DNA from: Negaprion brevirostris | Lineage: Eukaryota | DNA: 64,000 nt | Assembly (NCBI GenBank): GCA_030324005.1 | Contig: JARDVH010000084.1 | Location: forward strand, 70,465,676-70,529,675 | Direction of reading: 5' to 3' | Shown here: positions 13,133 to 25,030 of the stretch, in pieces | Layout: the number at the start of each line of letters is the position of its first letter | Numbering within the stretch: position 1 is the stretch's first letter | Translations under genes and position numbers: made by a program | Notes under the pieces: model-generated | Told to the model about the DNA's origin: nothing | The model's input: the letters and a program-made list of their open reading frames with translations, nothing else | Databases searched by the model: none

Positions 13133-14346
13133 AAACACCTTAAGAAGTCTCACAACGCCAGGTTAAAGTCCAACAGGTTTATTTGGTAGCACAACCCACT
13201 AGCTTTTGGAACTCTGTTCACAAACGGCATATAAAGACAAACTCAATTTACAAAATAATGGTTGGAATGCGAGTCTTTACAGGTAATCAAATCTTAAAGG
13301 TACAGACAATGTGAGTGGAGAGAGGGTTAAGTACAGGTTAAAGAGATGTGTATTGTCTCCGGCCAAGACAGTTTGTGAGATTTTGCAAACCCAGGCAAGT
13401 CTTGGGGGTTTAGATAGTGTGACATGAACCCAGGGTCCCAATTGAGGCCATCCTCATGTGTGCAGACCCTGGCTATTAGTTTCTGCTCAGCGATTCTGCA
13501 TTCATGTGTCGTAAAGGCAACTTTGGAGAACGCTTACCCGAAGATCAGAGGCTGCATGTCCTTTACTGCCAAAGTGTTCCCCAACAGGATGGGAACACTC
13601 CTGCCTGGTGATTGTTGAGCGGTGTCCATTAATCCTCTGTTGTGGCATCTTCATGGTCTTGCCAATATACCATGCCTTGGGATATCCTCTCCTGCAGTAT
13701 ATCAGGTAGACAGTGTTGGCTGGGTCATGAGGATATGTACTGTGTACCTAGTGGGTTGTGTTCTCATGTGTCGATGATCCGGCACATCTTGCAAAGGTTT
13801 CTGTAGCAGGGTTTTGTGGTGTCATGGTCACTGGTCTCCTGAAGACTGGGTAGTTTGCTGTGTACAATGGCCTATTTGAGGTTGCACGGTTGTTGGAAGG
13901 CAGGTAGTGGAGGTGTGGGGATGACCTTGGCGAGTTGTTCGTCTTCATCGATGACATGCGGAAGGCTCCGGAGAAGATGTTGTAGCAAGCTCCACACGCA
14001 TGAGGACGGCCTCAACCGGGATCTTGGGTTCATGTCACACTATCTGTAACCCCTACGACTTGCCTGGGTTTGCGAAATCTCACTCACTGTTTTGGCTGGA
14101 GACAATTCATACCTCTTTTAACCTGTGCTTAACCCTCTGTCCACTCATTGTCTGCATCTGTAAATACTTGATTACCTGTTCAGACTCACATTCCAACCAT
14201 TACCTTGTACTTGAATTTGTGAATGTATATACCCTTTCGTAAACTGAACTTTTTACTCACCTAATGAAGGGGCAACGCTCCAAAAGTTTGTGCTACCAAA
14301 TAAACTTGTTGGACTTTAACCTGGTGTTGAGACTACTTGCTGTGCT
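13133..14346 (-). mobile_element. Penelope-like element (5'-truncated) with GIY-YIG endonuclease remnant and inverted pseudo-LTRs
   Basis: Minus strand 13720-13622 reads ANTVYLIYCRRGYPKAWYIGKTMKMPQQRINGH (GIY-YIG). Segment 13985-14346 is an inverted copy of 13133-13472. Confidence 0.88.
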
Positions 14347-14544
14347 ATGATTTGAATTTTCACCAATAAATGAGTTTTCACCAATTCTCATTGACTTCAG
14401 TTAAAGCCCCAGCTGTTTCTGAGGAGAACATTGTGGATTCAACAAGGTTGGATTGCCTTTCTTGTTTCGGAGCCTAGGTTGATGCCAGGTGGTCCATCTC
14501 GTTTTCTCCCATTCTGACTTGTCCTAGCAATTTGGTACAACTGT

Positions 14545-14770
14545 GTGACACAACTAAAAGTCAACCACATATCTGTGGGACTGGTATCACATCAAGGGCA
14601 GATCAGATAAGGACAGCAGATATCCTTTTCTAAAGACACTAGCAAAACATATGGGGCACAGCAATTGACAATAGTTTCAGATTCATGTTTCTAATTCTAG
14701 ATTTTTATGAACTGAATTTAAATACCATCCCAGAGCATTGCAGTGTTATTACCACTATGGTACCCCTCCT
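14545..14770 (-). mobile_element. SINE family B, degenerate
   Basis: GTCAACCACAT...GATAAGGACAGCAGAT...GAATTTAAATACCATC resembles 42180-42360. Confidence 0.55.
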
Positions 14771-16728
14771 ATTGTTCAAAAAGTCCTTCATTGCCTATAA
14801 AGTACTTTGGGACAACCGGTGGTATGAATGCAAGTTTCTTTTCATTATTCCTCAGTTCTAGTTAAAAATGTGTTAAATTCTCATTGATTCCTTTGCAACT
14901 GTGAACTGATGTTTCGATCCCAGTGAATTAAATTGTGCCTGGACATTTCCACTGCTTCCATATCTTTCTCATAATGGATGCTTAAAGCTGCACATGAACT
15001 GAAACCTAATTGAGTTCCTGTACAAATTTAGCAATTCTCCTTTGTTTTTGTATTATATTCTCCAACACACAAATCCAAGGATTCAGTTTGCTTTTTAATG
15101 ACTTTATCTAGTTGCATTGCTACCTTATCGTAGCTTTGTATTGACACCAGCGTTATTTTGCCCCATTATTCTACTTATAACCATACTATTGATTTCTATA
15201 CTTTAATTTCTAAATCTCCTTTCACCTGAACCTTCCTCCAGCTCTTGTAGTTTGAAGTCATTTTTTCCTCTACTTTACACATTTATACTCATGGATTTGT
15301 ACACATTGTCCCTTCCCGTCACACAATGGTTACAAATACCCATATTGTTAACATGCACTATTATCTTGCCCTATCTCTTTAACTCTCCAAATCTCTCTTC
15401 ACATGGAGGCTTTCACAAAGTGGTTTGACTGACGTTAGTCTTGTAAACTCTTCAGCAAGTTGATAAAATAGAAGGGTGGCTTTGCACCTTTGTGCATTGA
15501 CTGGCATCACTTGTCGGTGCAGAGAAAAACAGAATTTGCTCTGTAGCAGACAGGATTATGGGTTTCTCAGTCCCTAGATATCATCTGGCAATCAATGCTA
15601 TTTTCATCTCCACCAATATCCACATCTCTATTACTTAGACACTAGAGATATGCAGGTACACTTGACAGTGTTTTGAGAATACAGTTGGAACTGGATATTG
15701 AACACAAATAATATCTTATTAAAAAAAACTTTCCTGTCTTGGGACCTAGCGCCATCCCCACCAAAAGTGCTTATAAACAAGTTATTCAAGCTTGTGCGCT
15801 AGTTCTCAATTTTTGATTTAAGGTCACTTTGTTGGATACACGTCTGTTTCTAATGACATTGATTGGATCTTTCCTTGGGCAATCAGGTGTCTCTTTCCTG
15901 GAGAAAGTGTTGACTCACAATACAAGGATAATAATGATAGACAAACAACTGAAATTTCACCCCCATAACCAGAAAATAAAAAGAGTATGCCAACCATTAC
16001 AGGGGGTGAACTCTGAGTCACCTCACATTTGTGTTTGCAAATTAGGATACATAACTGATAATGACCAGCTGTCTTCACCTGATTTATACACATTAGAAAT
16101 ATAAAACTGGTCTTAATATCACATGATAGTCAACAGCACTTATTCAAGGGGAAACTGTGGGGCTGGATTAAATTGGCAGACCCATCCTTGTGCCAAAGTA
16201 AAGTTGGGCTTGATGATGTTGAGTCAGCAATACACCATCATCATCATACCAGTCTCTGAAACTATGGGTAGTGGAGTTTGTGTGGAAATCAACCATTTTG
16301 AAATTAGTAATTAACAAGCTTATTGAACTTGTTAATGACCCAATTGTCCTGAGTCTGACTGGAATGGTGGTGTCACATTATTGCTGTCTTCACAGGTTTT
16401 CTATAGGCTTTGCCTATGAAGCAGTGCTGTTGACATCAAAATGGCCACCAGGGCTTAAAAGTGGAATTGTAATAGTGAGAAAAAAGCTTTTACTTCATTC
16501 TAAAAGATACTGGCAGTTGGATATACCTTTCTATCTTGACCCAGTCTTGTGTATTTAAGGGCACCCTTCCCACATTTCCACCACCCTGACCTTTTGAAAG
16601 TATGGCTTGCAGCAGTAATGGATTATCCTGTCTGTAGAGCTCTGCCTAATGCTGCACACCCCATGGACAGCAACTTTAGGTTGTTCCTGCATAAACCATT
16701 TCAGCAAGTACACTCAAACTAAACTCAT

Positions 16729-16963
16729 TGTAATTATTTCAATCAGGCCATGGAGGTTGACCTGTTGGAGTATGAACTCCCTGATTAAGGATCCAATTGA
16801 TGGGCCAATCAGGGAGTTTTGCCTTGTACTTAACCAGGAGTNNNNNNNNNNNNNNNNNNNNNNNNNNNNNNNNNNNNNNNNNNNNNNNNNNNNNNNNNNN
16901 NNNNNNNNNNNNNNNNTAAAGGGATTGTGGTGAAGGCACTTCTGCCTCTGAAGACTTATTATA
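16729..16963 (+). mobile_element. Solo LTR (~235 bp, probably Gypsy-type), part in N gap
   Basis: Starts TGTAAT and ends TTATTATA (CA>TA). Flanked by a near-perfect 5-bp TSD (CTCAT/CTCAC). Similar length and termini to 43271-43504. Confidence 0.6.
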
Positions 16964-17594
16964 CTCACGTAGGTTCGTGCAGGCTGGTCTGAGGTATCCT
17001 AGAACAGAGGTACTATGTAGAGTACTCAGCCAGTGGGAAGGGCTGGAAAATCCAACCTCAATAAAACACATATATCAGAGGTTGGTCTTAGAAATCCAGT
17101 GCTATTTGGCAGCTGATGTCGCTTAGCTCCACTTTGTCAGTTTTTCCTGAGGATGGTGGTGGCATCAAGGCTTCATTAGCCCAAACGGGAGCAGAAGTCG
17201 CAACTAAAGGTGTGCAAAAAGGTAAGCACGTAATGATCTTCGCAGTCAGCAATGCTGTGGGAAGCATCATCACTGATTGGAACATTTGGCCCAATATTTG
17301 CCCAGAAAATTGGTGAGAGCGCGAGCCAGTAACAGCTGGGTGACAGAGAAAGGGCAACTGAGACTAACCAAGCAGGGCACGTAATTTGGTACCTCCTTAT
17401 ATTAAACAGAGTTCAGAAGATGTTTGAAAAATAGAGGACAAATTCAAAAGTTAAATCAGGTATGGAGAAACAGGAAAGAAAGAGCAAGATTTGGCGAGAG
17501 AAAAAGACAGAAAGGAAAGGGAAAATAATTCAAATTGAATATGCTTAAAATCTTCCCAAAAATGGCAAAACCTAAGGCAATGAGACTTTGTACT

Positions 17595-17834
17595 TCATAG
17601 AATCCCGAGAGTGCAGAAGGAGAGCATTAAGCCCATTGAGTTTGCACTGCCTGTCTGAGAGAGTGTCTTGCCCAGACTTTTCTGTAACTCCGCACATTCA
17701 CAATGGCTAATCCATTGAACCTACATATCTTGGGACACTATGGGACAATTTACTACGGCCAATCCACCTAAAGTGAACACTTTTGGAGTGTGGGAGGAAA
17801 TTGGAGAACCTAGAGGAAACCTATGCAGACACAG
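17595..17834 (-). mobile_element. HE1-type V-SINE, 5'-truncated
   Basis: CATAGAATCCC tail through the V-domain in reverse. Confidence 0.7.
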
Positions 17835-18265
17835 ATGGGGAAGGCTTAATGTTCTCCTGCACTGTAGGGATTTTATGATTCTATGAAGTACAAAGGCCCA
17901 TTACCTTGGGTTTTGCCATTTTTTGGGAAGATTTTAAACATATTANNNNNNNNNNNNNNNNNNNNNNNNNNNNNNNNNNNNNNNNNNNNNNNNNNNNNNN
18001 NNNNNNNNNNNNNNNNNNNNNNNNNNNNNNNNNNNNNNNNNNNNNNNNNNNNNNNNNNNNNNNNNNNNNNNNNNNNNNNNNNNNNNNNNNNNNNNNNNNN
18101 NNNNNNNNNNNNNNNNNNNNNNNNNNNNNNNNNNNNNNNNNNNNNNNNNNNNNNNNNNNNNNNNNNNNNNNNNNNNNNNNNNNNNNNNNNNNNNNNNNNN
18201 NNNNNNNNNNNNNNNNNNNNNNNNNNNNNNNNNNNNNNNNNNNNNNNNNNNNNNNNNNNNNNNNA

Positions 18266-18565
18266 CACCCCAGACATTCTGTCTTCCACCTTCGTCCATT
18301 GGGATAAAGATACAAAAGTCTGAGGTCACGTACCAACTGACTCAAGAACAGTTTCTTCCTTGCTGCCATCAGACGTTTGAATGGATTTACCTTGCATTAA
18401 GTTGAACTTTCCCTCCACCTGAGCTGTAACTGCAACACTACATTCTGCACTCTTATGTTTCCTTCTCTATAAATGGTATGTTCTGTCTATATAGCACACA
18501 AGAAATAATACTTTTCACTGTATGATAATACATGTGACAATAATAAATCAAATCAGAACAAATCA
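18266..18565 (+). mobile_element. Rex1/Babar-like LINE 3' end
   Basis: Same sequence as 10640; ends in AATAAATCAAATCAGAACAAATCAAA. Confidence 0.75.
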
Positions 18566-18668
18566 AATGGAGAACATGCAAACTTCACACAGACAGTCAC
18601 CCAAGACTGGCATTGAACCTGGGTCCCTGGTGCTGCAAGGAAACAGTGCTAACCATTGTGCCACTTTG
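18566..18668 (-). mobile_element. HE1-type SINE 5' (head) fragment
   Basis: GGAGAACATGCAAACT...TTGAACCTGGGTCCCTGG...AGTGCTAACCATTGTGCCAC. Confidence 0.7.
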
Positions 18669-19274
18669 GCCCTTATAACAGATAATTTTCAGGAAAGTAG
18701 GTTGTCCATCATTAATAAATTAAAAGTGGACTGACTATTGTAATTGCTAACCCTAAATATCAGTGGTGGTGCTAGTTTACACAAATGCAGCAGCATCATT
18801 AAAGTCGACACATTTCAATAGTGAGACAGGGAACAGTTTGCCATCTTCACAACAATAAAAGAAGAGGGATGCACCTTTAGATAACAATTTTTAGACATTC
18901 ACATTTAACCACATCTCTGCCCCTTGCCTGAATTTGCTGCACAGCTTATGTGTAAATAATAGAGTGCCAATAGCCTCAGAATTATACTAATAACAAAAAC
19001 TCGCTACTGTTACCAGCTATTTCATTTTAACCCATGTTTCCTGAACAAATATTGAAGTATGTTGAAGTAGGTTAAAGATACTGTTTTGGGTAACCGGCAC
19101 CTGTTTTTTTTTTAAGNNNNNNNNNNAAAAATTCATTTCATGCTCTTGATGCTTTGTTATCAAATTATATTCTTTGTTTATCATTTGGAGGCTTTATTTT
19201 AAGATTTGTTTTTTTACTTTCCACTTTTCAGCTAATTTTTCTTAATTTTCTTTGCTGCTGTAAGTGAACAGGAT

Positions 19275-21080
19275 ATGAATATATAAAATAGGAGTAGATG
19301 TAGGCCATTTGGCCCTTTGAGCCTGCTTTGCCATTCATGGCCAATATGTTTGCGTTGAGTTCCACATTCCCACCTACCCCAGTAACCTTTGACTCCCTTG
19401 CTTAACAATAATCTATCTAGCTCCGCCTTATAAATTTTTCATTGACCCCACTTCTACTGACATTTGAGGCTGAGTTCCAAAGTTGCACAACCTGCTGAGA
19501 GAAAAAAATTCTCCTCATCTCCGTTCTAAAAGGATGATCCCTAATTTTAAAACAGGGTCTGCTAGTTCTGGAGTCACCCACAAGAGGAAACATCTTTTCA
19601 ATGTTCACCATGTTGAGACTGTTGGTGATCTTATATATATCAATAAAGTCACCGCTCACTCTTTCAACCTTCAATGGAAGTAAGCCCAGTCTGTATGACC
19701 TATCCTCATAAGAAAACCCATTCATTTCAAGCACCAATCTAGTATCTCCTTTAAAATACCTCCAATGCATTTATGTCCTTCCTTAAATAAGGAGACTAAA
19801 ACTGCACACAGTATTCAGGATGTGGTCTGTATAACTGACAGATAACATCTTTACTTCAATATTCCATTAACCTTCTTAATTACTTGGTGTACCTGCACTT
19901 CTTGTGACTTATGCAGTAGAATATCTAGATCACTTTGTACCTCTGAATCCTGCAGTCATTCTCCACTTAAGTAATGTTCTGCTTTTCTTTCTGCCAAAGT
20001 GAAATAACTTCACCTTTTCCCACACACTATATTCCATCTGCCAGATTTTTGCCCACTCACTCAAACTATCTATATCCATTTGCAACTTCCTAATGACTTC
20101 TTCACAATATGTGTTCACACCTATCTTGGTGTCAGCTGCAAATTTAGTTGCCATTGCCTTCACTCCCCTCACCTAATTTATTGATATTAATTGTAAAAAG
20201 TTGATGCCCCAGTACAGACCTTTGCTAGATGCCACAGCCAGACACCACTCACCACTCCACTAGTCACACCCTGCAAATCAGACAAAGACTCATTTATGCA
20301 TACTGTTTTTGGCCAGCCAGCCAATCTCCTACCCATACTAATATTGCCTGTTACACCATAGGCTTCTATTTTCCAGAGAAATCTTAATGTGGTGCTTTTT
20401 CAAATGCCTTCTGGAGATACAAATACAGTACAGTGCTGTACAGTACAATACAGGCTCCACTTTATCTATAGTGCATGTTTTCCTTCAAATTGGTTAAACA
20501 TAATTTCCCTTTCGCAAAATCATGCTGACTTGTTCTGATTATCTTGAGATTTTCCAAATACCCAGCTATCACCTCTTCAATGATCAATTCTAACATTTTC
20601 CACAAAACAGGTGTCAAGCTAATTAGCCTAAATAATGTCCTGATTTCTGCCTCCCTCCCTTCTTGAATAGAGGTGTTATATTTACTGCTTTCCAGAATCT
20701 AGTGAGTTTTGGAAAATTAATACCAAATCATTTTCTAGGGTGAAGTCCATCAGGACCCAGAGAGTTATCCACCTCCATCATTTTGCTCAGTGCACTTCCT
20801 CTAGTGATTGTGATTTCACCAAATTCCTCTCTCTCTCCCATATGCTGATTTATAGCTGTTGCTGGTATGGTTTTTGAATCCCTCATAGTGAAGACTGAAG
20901 CAAAATACTTGTTCATTTCATCTGTCATTTCTTTATTATCAATTATTAACTCTCCAACCTCACTTTCTAGAGGAACAACATTTCCTTACTTTTTTTCTTT
21001 TTTAAAAATCTGTAGAAATTCTTGCTATCTGTTTTTACGTTTCGAGCTATCTTCCTCTCATACTCTAATTTCTTTCTCCT
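19275..21080 (-). mobile_element. Degenerate CR1-clade LINE ORF2 (RT) and 3' end
   Basis: ORF fragments KFAADTKIG (FADDTK motif), EMNKYFASVFT...GPDGLHPR, KTDSKNFYR and RTEMRRIFFSQQVVQLWNS; CR1-type 3' UTR near 19290. Confidence 0.88.
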
Positions 21081-21279
21081 GATCAACAGACAAAGCATCT
21101 TGGATACAGACCAACCATCACTCAATGACGTTTTGTAAGTGGCCATTATTTGTGTGAGCCTTGATATTGATTGTTGGCAATGTACTAAACAGCACTGGTC
21201 ATTACACCANNNNNNNNNNNNNNNNNNNNNNNNNNNNNNNNNNNNNNNNNNNNNNNNNNNNTCATACTGATTGAATAGC

Positions 21280-21690
21280 AATCTCATGTACTTACATAAC
21301 ACCTCTAATAAAATGAGATGTCCCAATTTGCTTCACAGGAGTATTATAAATTAAGGATTGACACCAAGCTACATCAGACAATGGGGAAATGGCCAGAAGT
21401 TCAGCCAGAGGGAAGTTTTGATGAGTGTCCCAAAATAAGAAAGAGTGGCTGAGATGGAGGGTATTCCAGAGTTTAGGGCAAGGCAACTGTGGGCACGACC
21501 AACAGTGATTGGAATAATTAAAATCTGGGATTCTCAAGAGGTCAGAATTAAAGGAAAGCAGATATGGTTGAGCTCTACAGGGTTAGATGAGATTATTGGA
21601 GATATAGAGGGGTAAGGCAATAGAGGAATTTGAAAACAAAGAGAAGAATTTTAAAATGAGTTGCAGCTTGCCTGGAAGTCAATGTAGTTT
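21280..21690 (-). mobile_element. L2-clade LINE 3' fragment
   Basis: Minus strand PKLWNTL motif and an L2-type 3' end; similar to 52320-52585. Confidence 0.6.
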
Positions 21691-22630
21691 CAGGCTATTT
21701 GCCTCTTTCAAACATTAAGGTCCAAGGTCACTTCTTTATTGGTGCTGAACCTAAAGTTTTGTTGGTCTGTTTGCTCAGCTATTCACCAAACCAGCCAATG
21801 AGTGATTGTTAAAGTTTTTAATTAAGGTGCATCATTAGCAAAGCTTGTGTTAGAGAAGACTATATCAGAAAGCATGTGTTATAAAGGACAGTCATGATAT
21901 TGCAATTAAAAAGACAGTATTTTAAGGTTACACCTAAAAATCTTGAACTGACTTAAAGAAAACTGAATATTAAAATGACTCTAAGCTACCAAATTGACTT
22001 GTAGATCAGGCTGTGGTTGTCTTTTGTGAGATCAAAAGGCAATCCTTAATTTAATTATGTGACCTTGTCCAGGAGCTAATGGAGTTTTGCAATGTCTCAT
22101 TGTAAGAATTTAAATTCCACTTTGGCCAGAAGAAAAGATAAAGCCACAGGTGGGAAAAGATTTCAGAGTTTTAATTTAAATTACCCAAATGCCTTATGTG
22201 AAAGATGACTTGGCAGTTTGTCCAGGTGGCCATACTCTCTGCTAAAGATGTAACAGAACTGTTTTCAGGGACATCTTCAGAGTAGCAGAGAGAGACTGCT
22301 TACATTATGAGAGCGAGAAGAATTCAAGAAGCTCGGCTTTCAGATTGCTGTAATTTACCAGACTACCAGGGGCCATCCCTACAGCACTGCTAAAGTGAGA
22401 CATGGGACCATTCTCTCCCCTTATCCTGTTCCATCTATAAATTCTGTGAATGCCGCCTCCAAAAAGTCAACTAGGGAAAGCATTGCAGTTGCTGACACAG
22501 TTCTACAATTCCAATTCTTTGCTTCAGACGATGCTACATTTCAACTTCAAAGCAACTGCGCACTGACATAGAGACTGAGCTTGATTCAATTTTTTAAAGC
22601 ATTGTTTTATCTTCATCTGCAGCTAATCTT

Positions 22631-22676
22631 TGTGTCTGTGTGTGTGTGCATTTGTGTGAATGTGTGTGTATGTATG
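22631..22676. repeat. Imperfect (TG)n microsatellite, possibly within an LTR-like segment (~21850-22850)
   Basis: TGTGTCTGTGTGTGTGTGCATTTGTGTGAATGTGTGTGTATGTATG. Confidence 0.6.
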
Positions 22677-23056
22677 TCACAGTTTCCTAAGCAACCTCCA
22701 GAGTGTAAAATAAACTAACTTTTCCTTGTAAGTACAGAAGGTTTTGCCATGGGTTATTTTAATGGACTCACCCCAAAGCTCAGAAAATACATGTATTCCC
22801 CTACAAATATATTGATTATGAGCAACTTGGGGGAAATACCTTAAAACTAATCAGGACACATGGAATGAAAGCTATATATTTGGCCTATCTAGCCTTTTAC
22901 CCCAAAACTGTATGTGTCAATGTCCAGCAGACCCATCCCTATTCTTTCACCCTACATTCACTTCTGTAGGAAAGGCTTTGGTAACCATCCTAGGTTACCA
23001 AAAGTGATTATGTTTCAGTAGGTTCCACTGAACAAGTGTTGCATTTTCCTTACTAA

Positions 23057-23242
<186 letters not shown>

Positions 23243-23704
23243 TGACATTTGCTTAGCGTTTTGGCAGCGAAGTTTCAACTCCATTATCTGCAAAGTGATG
23301 TGAACTTCTTCCTGGAGACAGATTCTTTTGAATTGACTATATTTCCATTCACCTGAAGTAGCTCAGGAATGTCAAATTTACATAGTATCACTTCTAATCA
23401 AGGATACAAGGGAAATCTTAAATCCCAGCAGGATCAAATCTGAGTAAATACCAAAATGAAGCAGGATGAGAATTCAATATAGATAAACACATGAAATGTC
23501 ATCAGGTTAGGGTTAGCCACAAGAAACAATCGCCATTGTACATGTGTGGAAAGTATGTCTTGCTATTAGAGCCAAAACTGATTTGAGGCCGTTTTCACTT
23601 TGATATTTTTCTGAGTTCTGACCTGTCACCAGAGAAGTATCATATACTGGAGGAAACAGAGCAAAACATAGTGAGAATTTAAAAGCAAAATATCAAAGAT
23701 CCTG

Positions 23705-23815
23705 GAGATCTGAAATAAAAACAAAGTGCTTGAAATATGCAGCAGGTCCTGGGGCACCTGTGGAGAGAGAAATACCTTTAAGGTTTTGAGTTGAATATGA
23801 CTTTCTTCAGACATT
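23705..23815. repeat. Arm of a Penelope-derived hairpin repeat with a decayed hammerhead core
   Basis: Same family as 24855-25030; the minus strand has CTGAAGA...CAAAAC. Confidence 0.55.
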
Positions 23816-24036
23816 GATGAGATAGCACAGCCAAACACCATGAGACATGGCATAAACATTAAATGTCAGTAGGATCATAACTAGACCTCAGGGTCCTCTC
23901 TGAGCATCCATGTAGTGGAAACTATAGAACAGTAGAAGCTCTATATATTACTTGTAATGACAAATATGTAGCACGCCTATTACTAAATGATGTTATGTTT
24001 GGATTTCATCAACATGACTTTCATTGTCAAGACTAA

Positions 24037-24230
24037 GGCCAGGATTTTCTAGCCCTTCCTGTTGACAGGGTCTTCCAGTCTCACCAGAAGCGTCACCCTG
24101 TGGGGATTCCCTGGTGGCACAGCTGGTGAGCAACACAAATGGCCATTGATTTTGGCGGGACCAGAAGATCCTGTGGCAGCCAATGGTGAGCCACCTCCCT
24201 CCATGGAAACCCTGGAGGCCTGGAAATGAC
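24037..24230. mobile_element. Non-autonomous DNA transposon (MITE-like) fragment
   Basis: GC-rich island starting GGCCAGGATTTTC, a terminus type shared with 28768, 30779, 47077 and 53336. Confidence 0.45.
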
Positions 24231-24278
24231 ACAGAGAAGGTTTCTTTTCTGATATTATCAGAACTACTTCATAGGCCA

Positions 24279-24853
24279 TGTTGTAACTCAGATAGCAAGG
24301 CAGTGAAGAATCGAACACTGGAGCCCTAGCTTTATATTCTTATAATCTTTTATTTATAGAGACACATGTTGCATGCTGCATACCTCCAGCCAAGAACACT
24401 GCTTTAAGCCTGCTCCTGTATAGATATATAAAAGCAAAGGTGAGGCCCCAATTAATCTCTTTCACATCAGTACAATAGATGGCATGGCGGCACAGCAGTT
24501 AGCACTGCTGCCTCACAGTATCTAGGATCTGGATTCGATTCCAACCTTGGGTCACTGTCTGTGCAGAGTCTACTTGTTCTCCCCATATCTGGGTGGGTTT
24601 CCTCCAAGTGCTCCAGTTCCCTCCCACCATCCAAAAGATGTGCTGGTCAGGTGCAATGGCCATGCTAAATTCTCCTTTAGTGTACTGAAACAGGTGCCGG
24701 AGTGTGACGATTTGGGGACTTTCACAATAACTTCATTGCCGTGTTCATGTAAGCTGACTTGTGACGCTAATAGATAAGCTTAAACTTAAACACACAATTA
24801 CACAATAAACAGAATCAGTGCAAGATATCAGGCACCCTTAGCCTGCTACAACA
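24279..24853. mobile_element. Possible solo LTR with a nested SINE
   Basis: Perfect 7-bp terminal inverted repeats TGTTGTA...TACAACA around the SINE at 24481-24790. No TSD match. Confidence 0.35.
24481..24790 (+). mobile_element. HE1-like V-SINE with alternative (non-HER1) 3' tail
   Basis: Same head and V-domain as 2570, but the tail is CAGGTGCCGGAGTGTGACG...TGTAAGCTGACTTGTGACGCTAATAGATAA. Confidence 0.8.
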
Positions 24854-24854
24854 A

Positions 24855-25030
24855 AAACGAAAAAACACGAAAATTTAAGCAGGTTTGACAGATCGGTCGA
24901 GAGAGAATAAAGCCAACGTTTCAAATCAGGATGACCCTTCATCAGAGCTCTTTGAAATGTTGGCTCTATTCTCTCTCCACAGATCTGTCAGACATGCTGA
25001 GATTTTCTGGCAATTCCTGTTTTTTATCAT
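24855..25030. mobile_element. Palindromic Penelope-derived mini-element
   Basis: Arm GACAGATC..GAGAGAGAATAAAGCCAACGTTTCAAA pairs with TTTGAAATGTTGGCTCTATTCTCTCTCCACAGATCTGTC. Confidence 0.7.
24909..24951 (-). ncRNA. Minimal type I hammerhead ribozyme motif (activity untested)
   Basis: Minus strand AGAGCT-CTGATGA-AGGGTCATCCTGATTT-GAAAC-GT-T-GGCTTT. Both core boxes are intact, stem I is AGAGCU/GGCUUU, and stem III is the palindrome AACGUU. Confidence 0.6.

Noticed and set aside
17873-18369. Long ORFs in the track here and at 51478-52089, 10502-11077 and 36518-37120
   Set aside because: They stay open only because they run through N gaps or SINE sequence; there is no coding evidence.
23505-23517. 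GGTTAGGGTTAG telomere-like motif
   Set aside because: Only two units and no flanking duplication; expected by chance.
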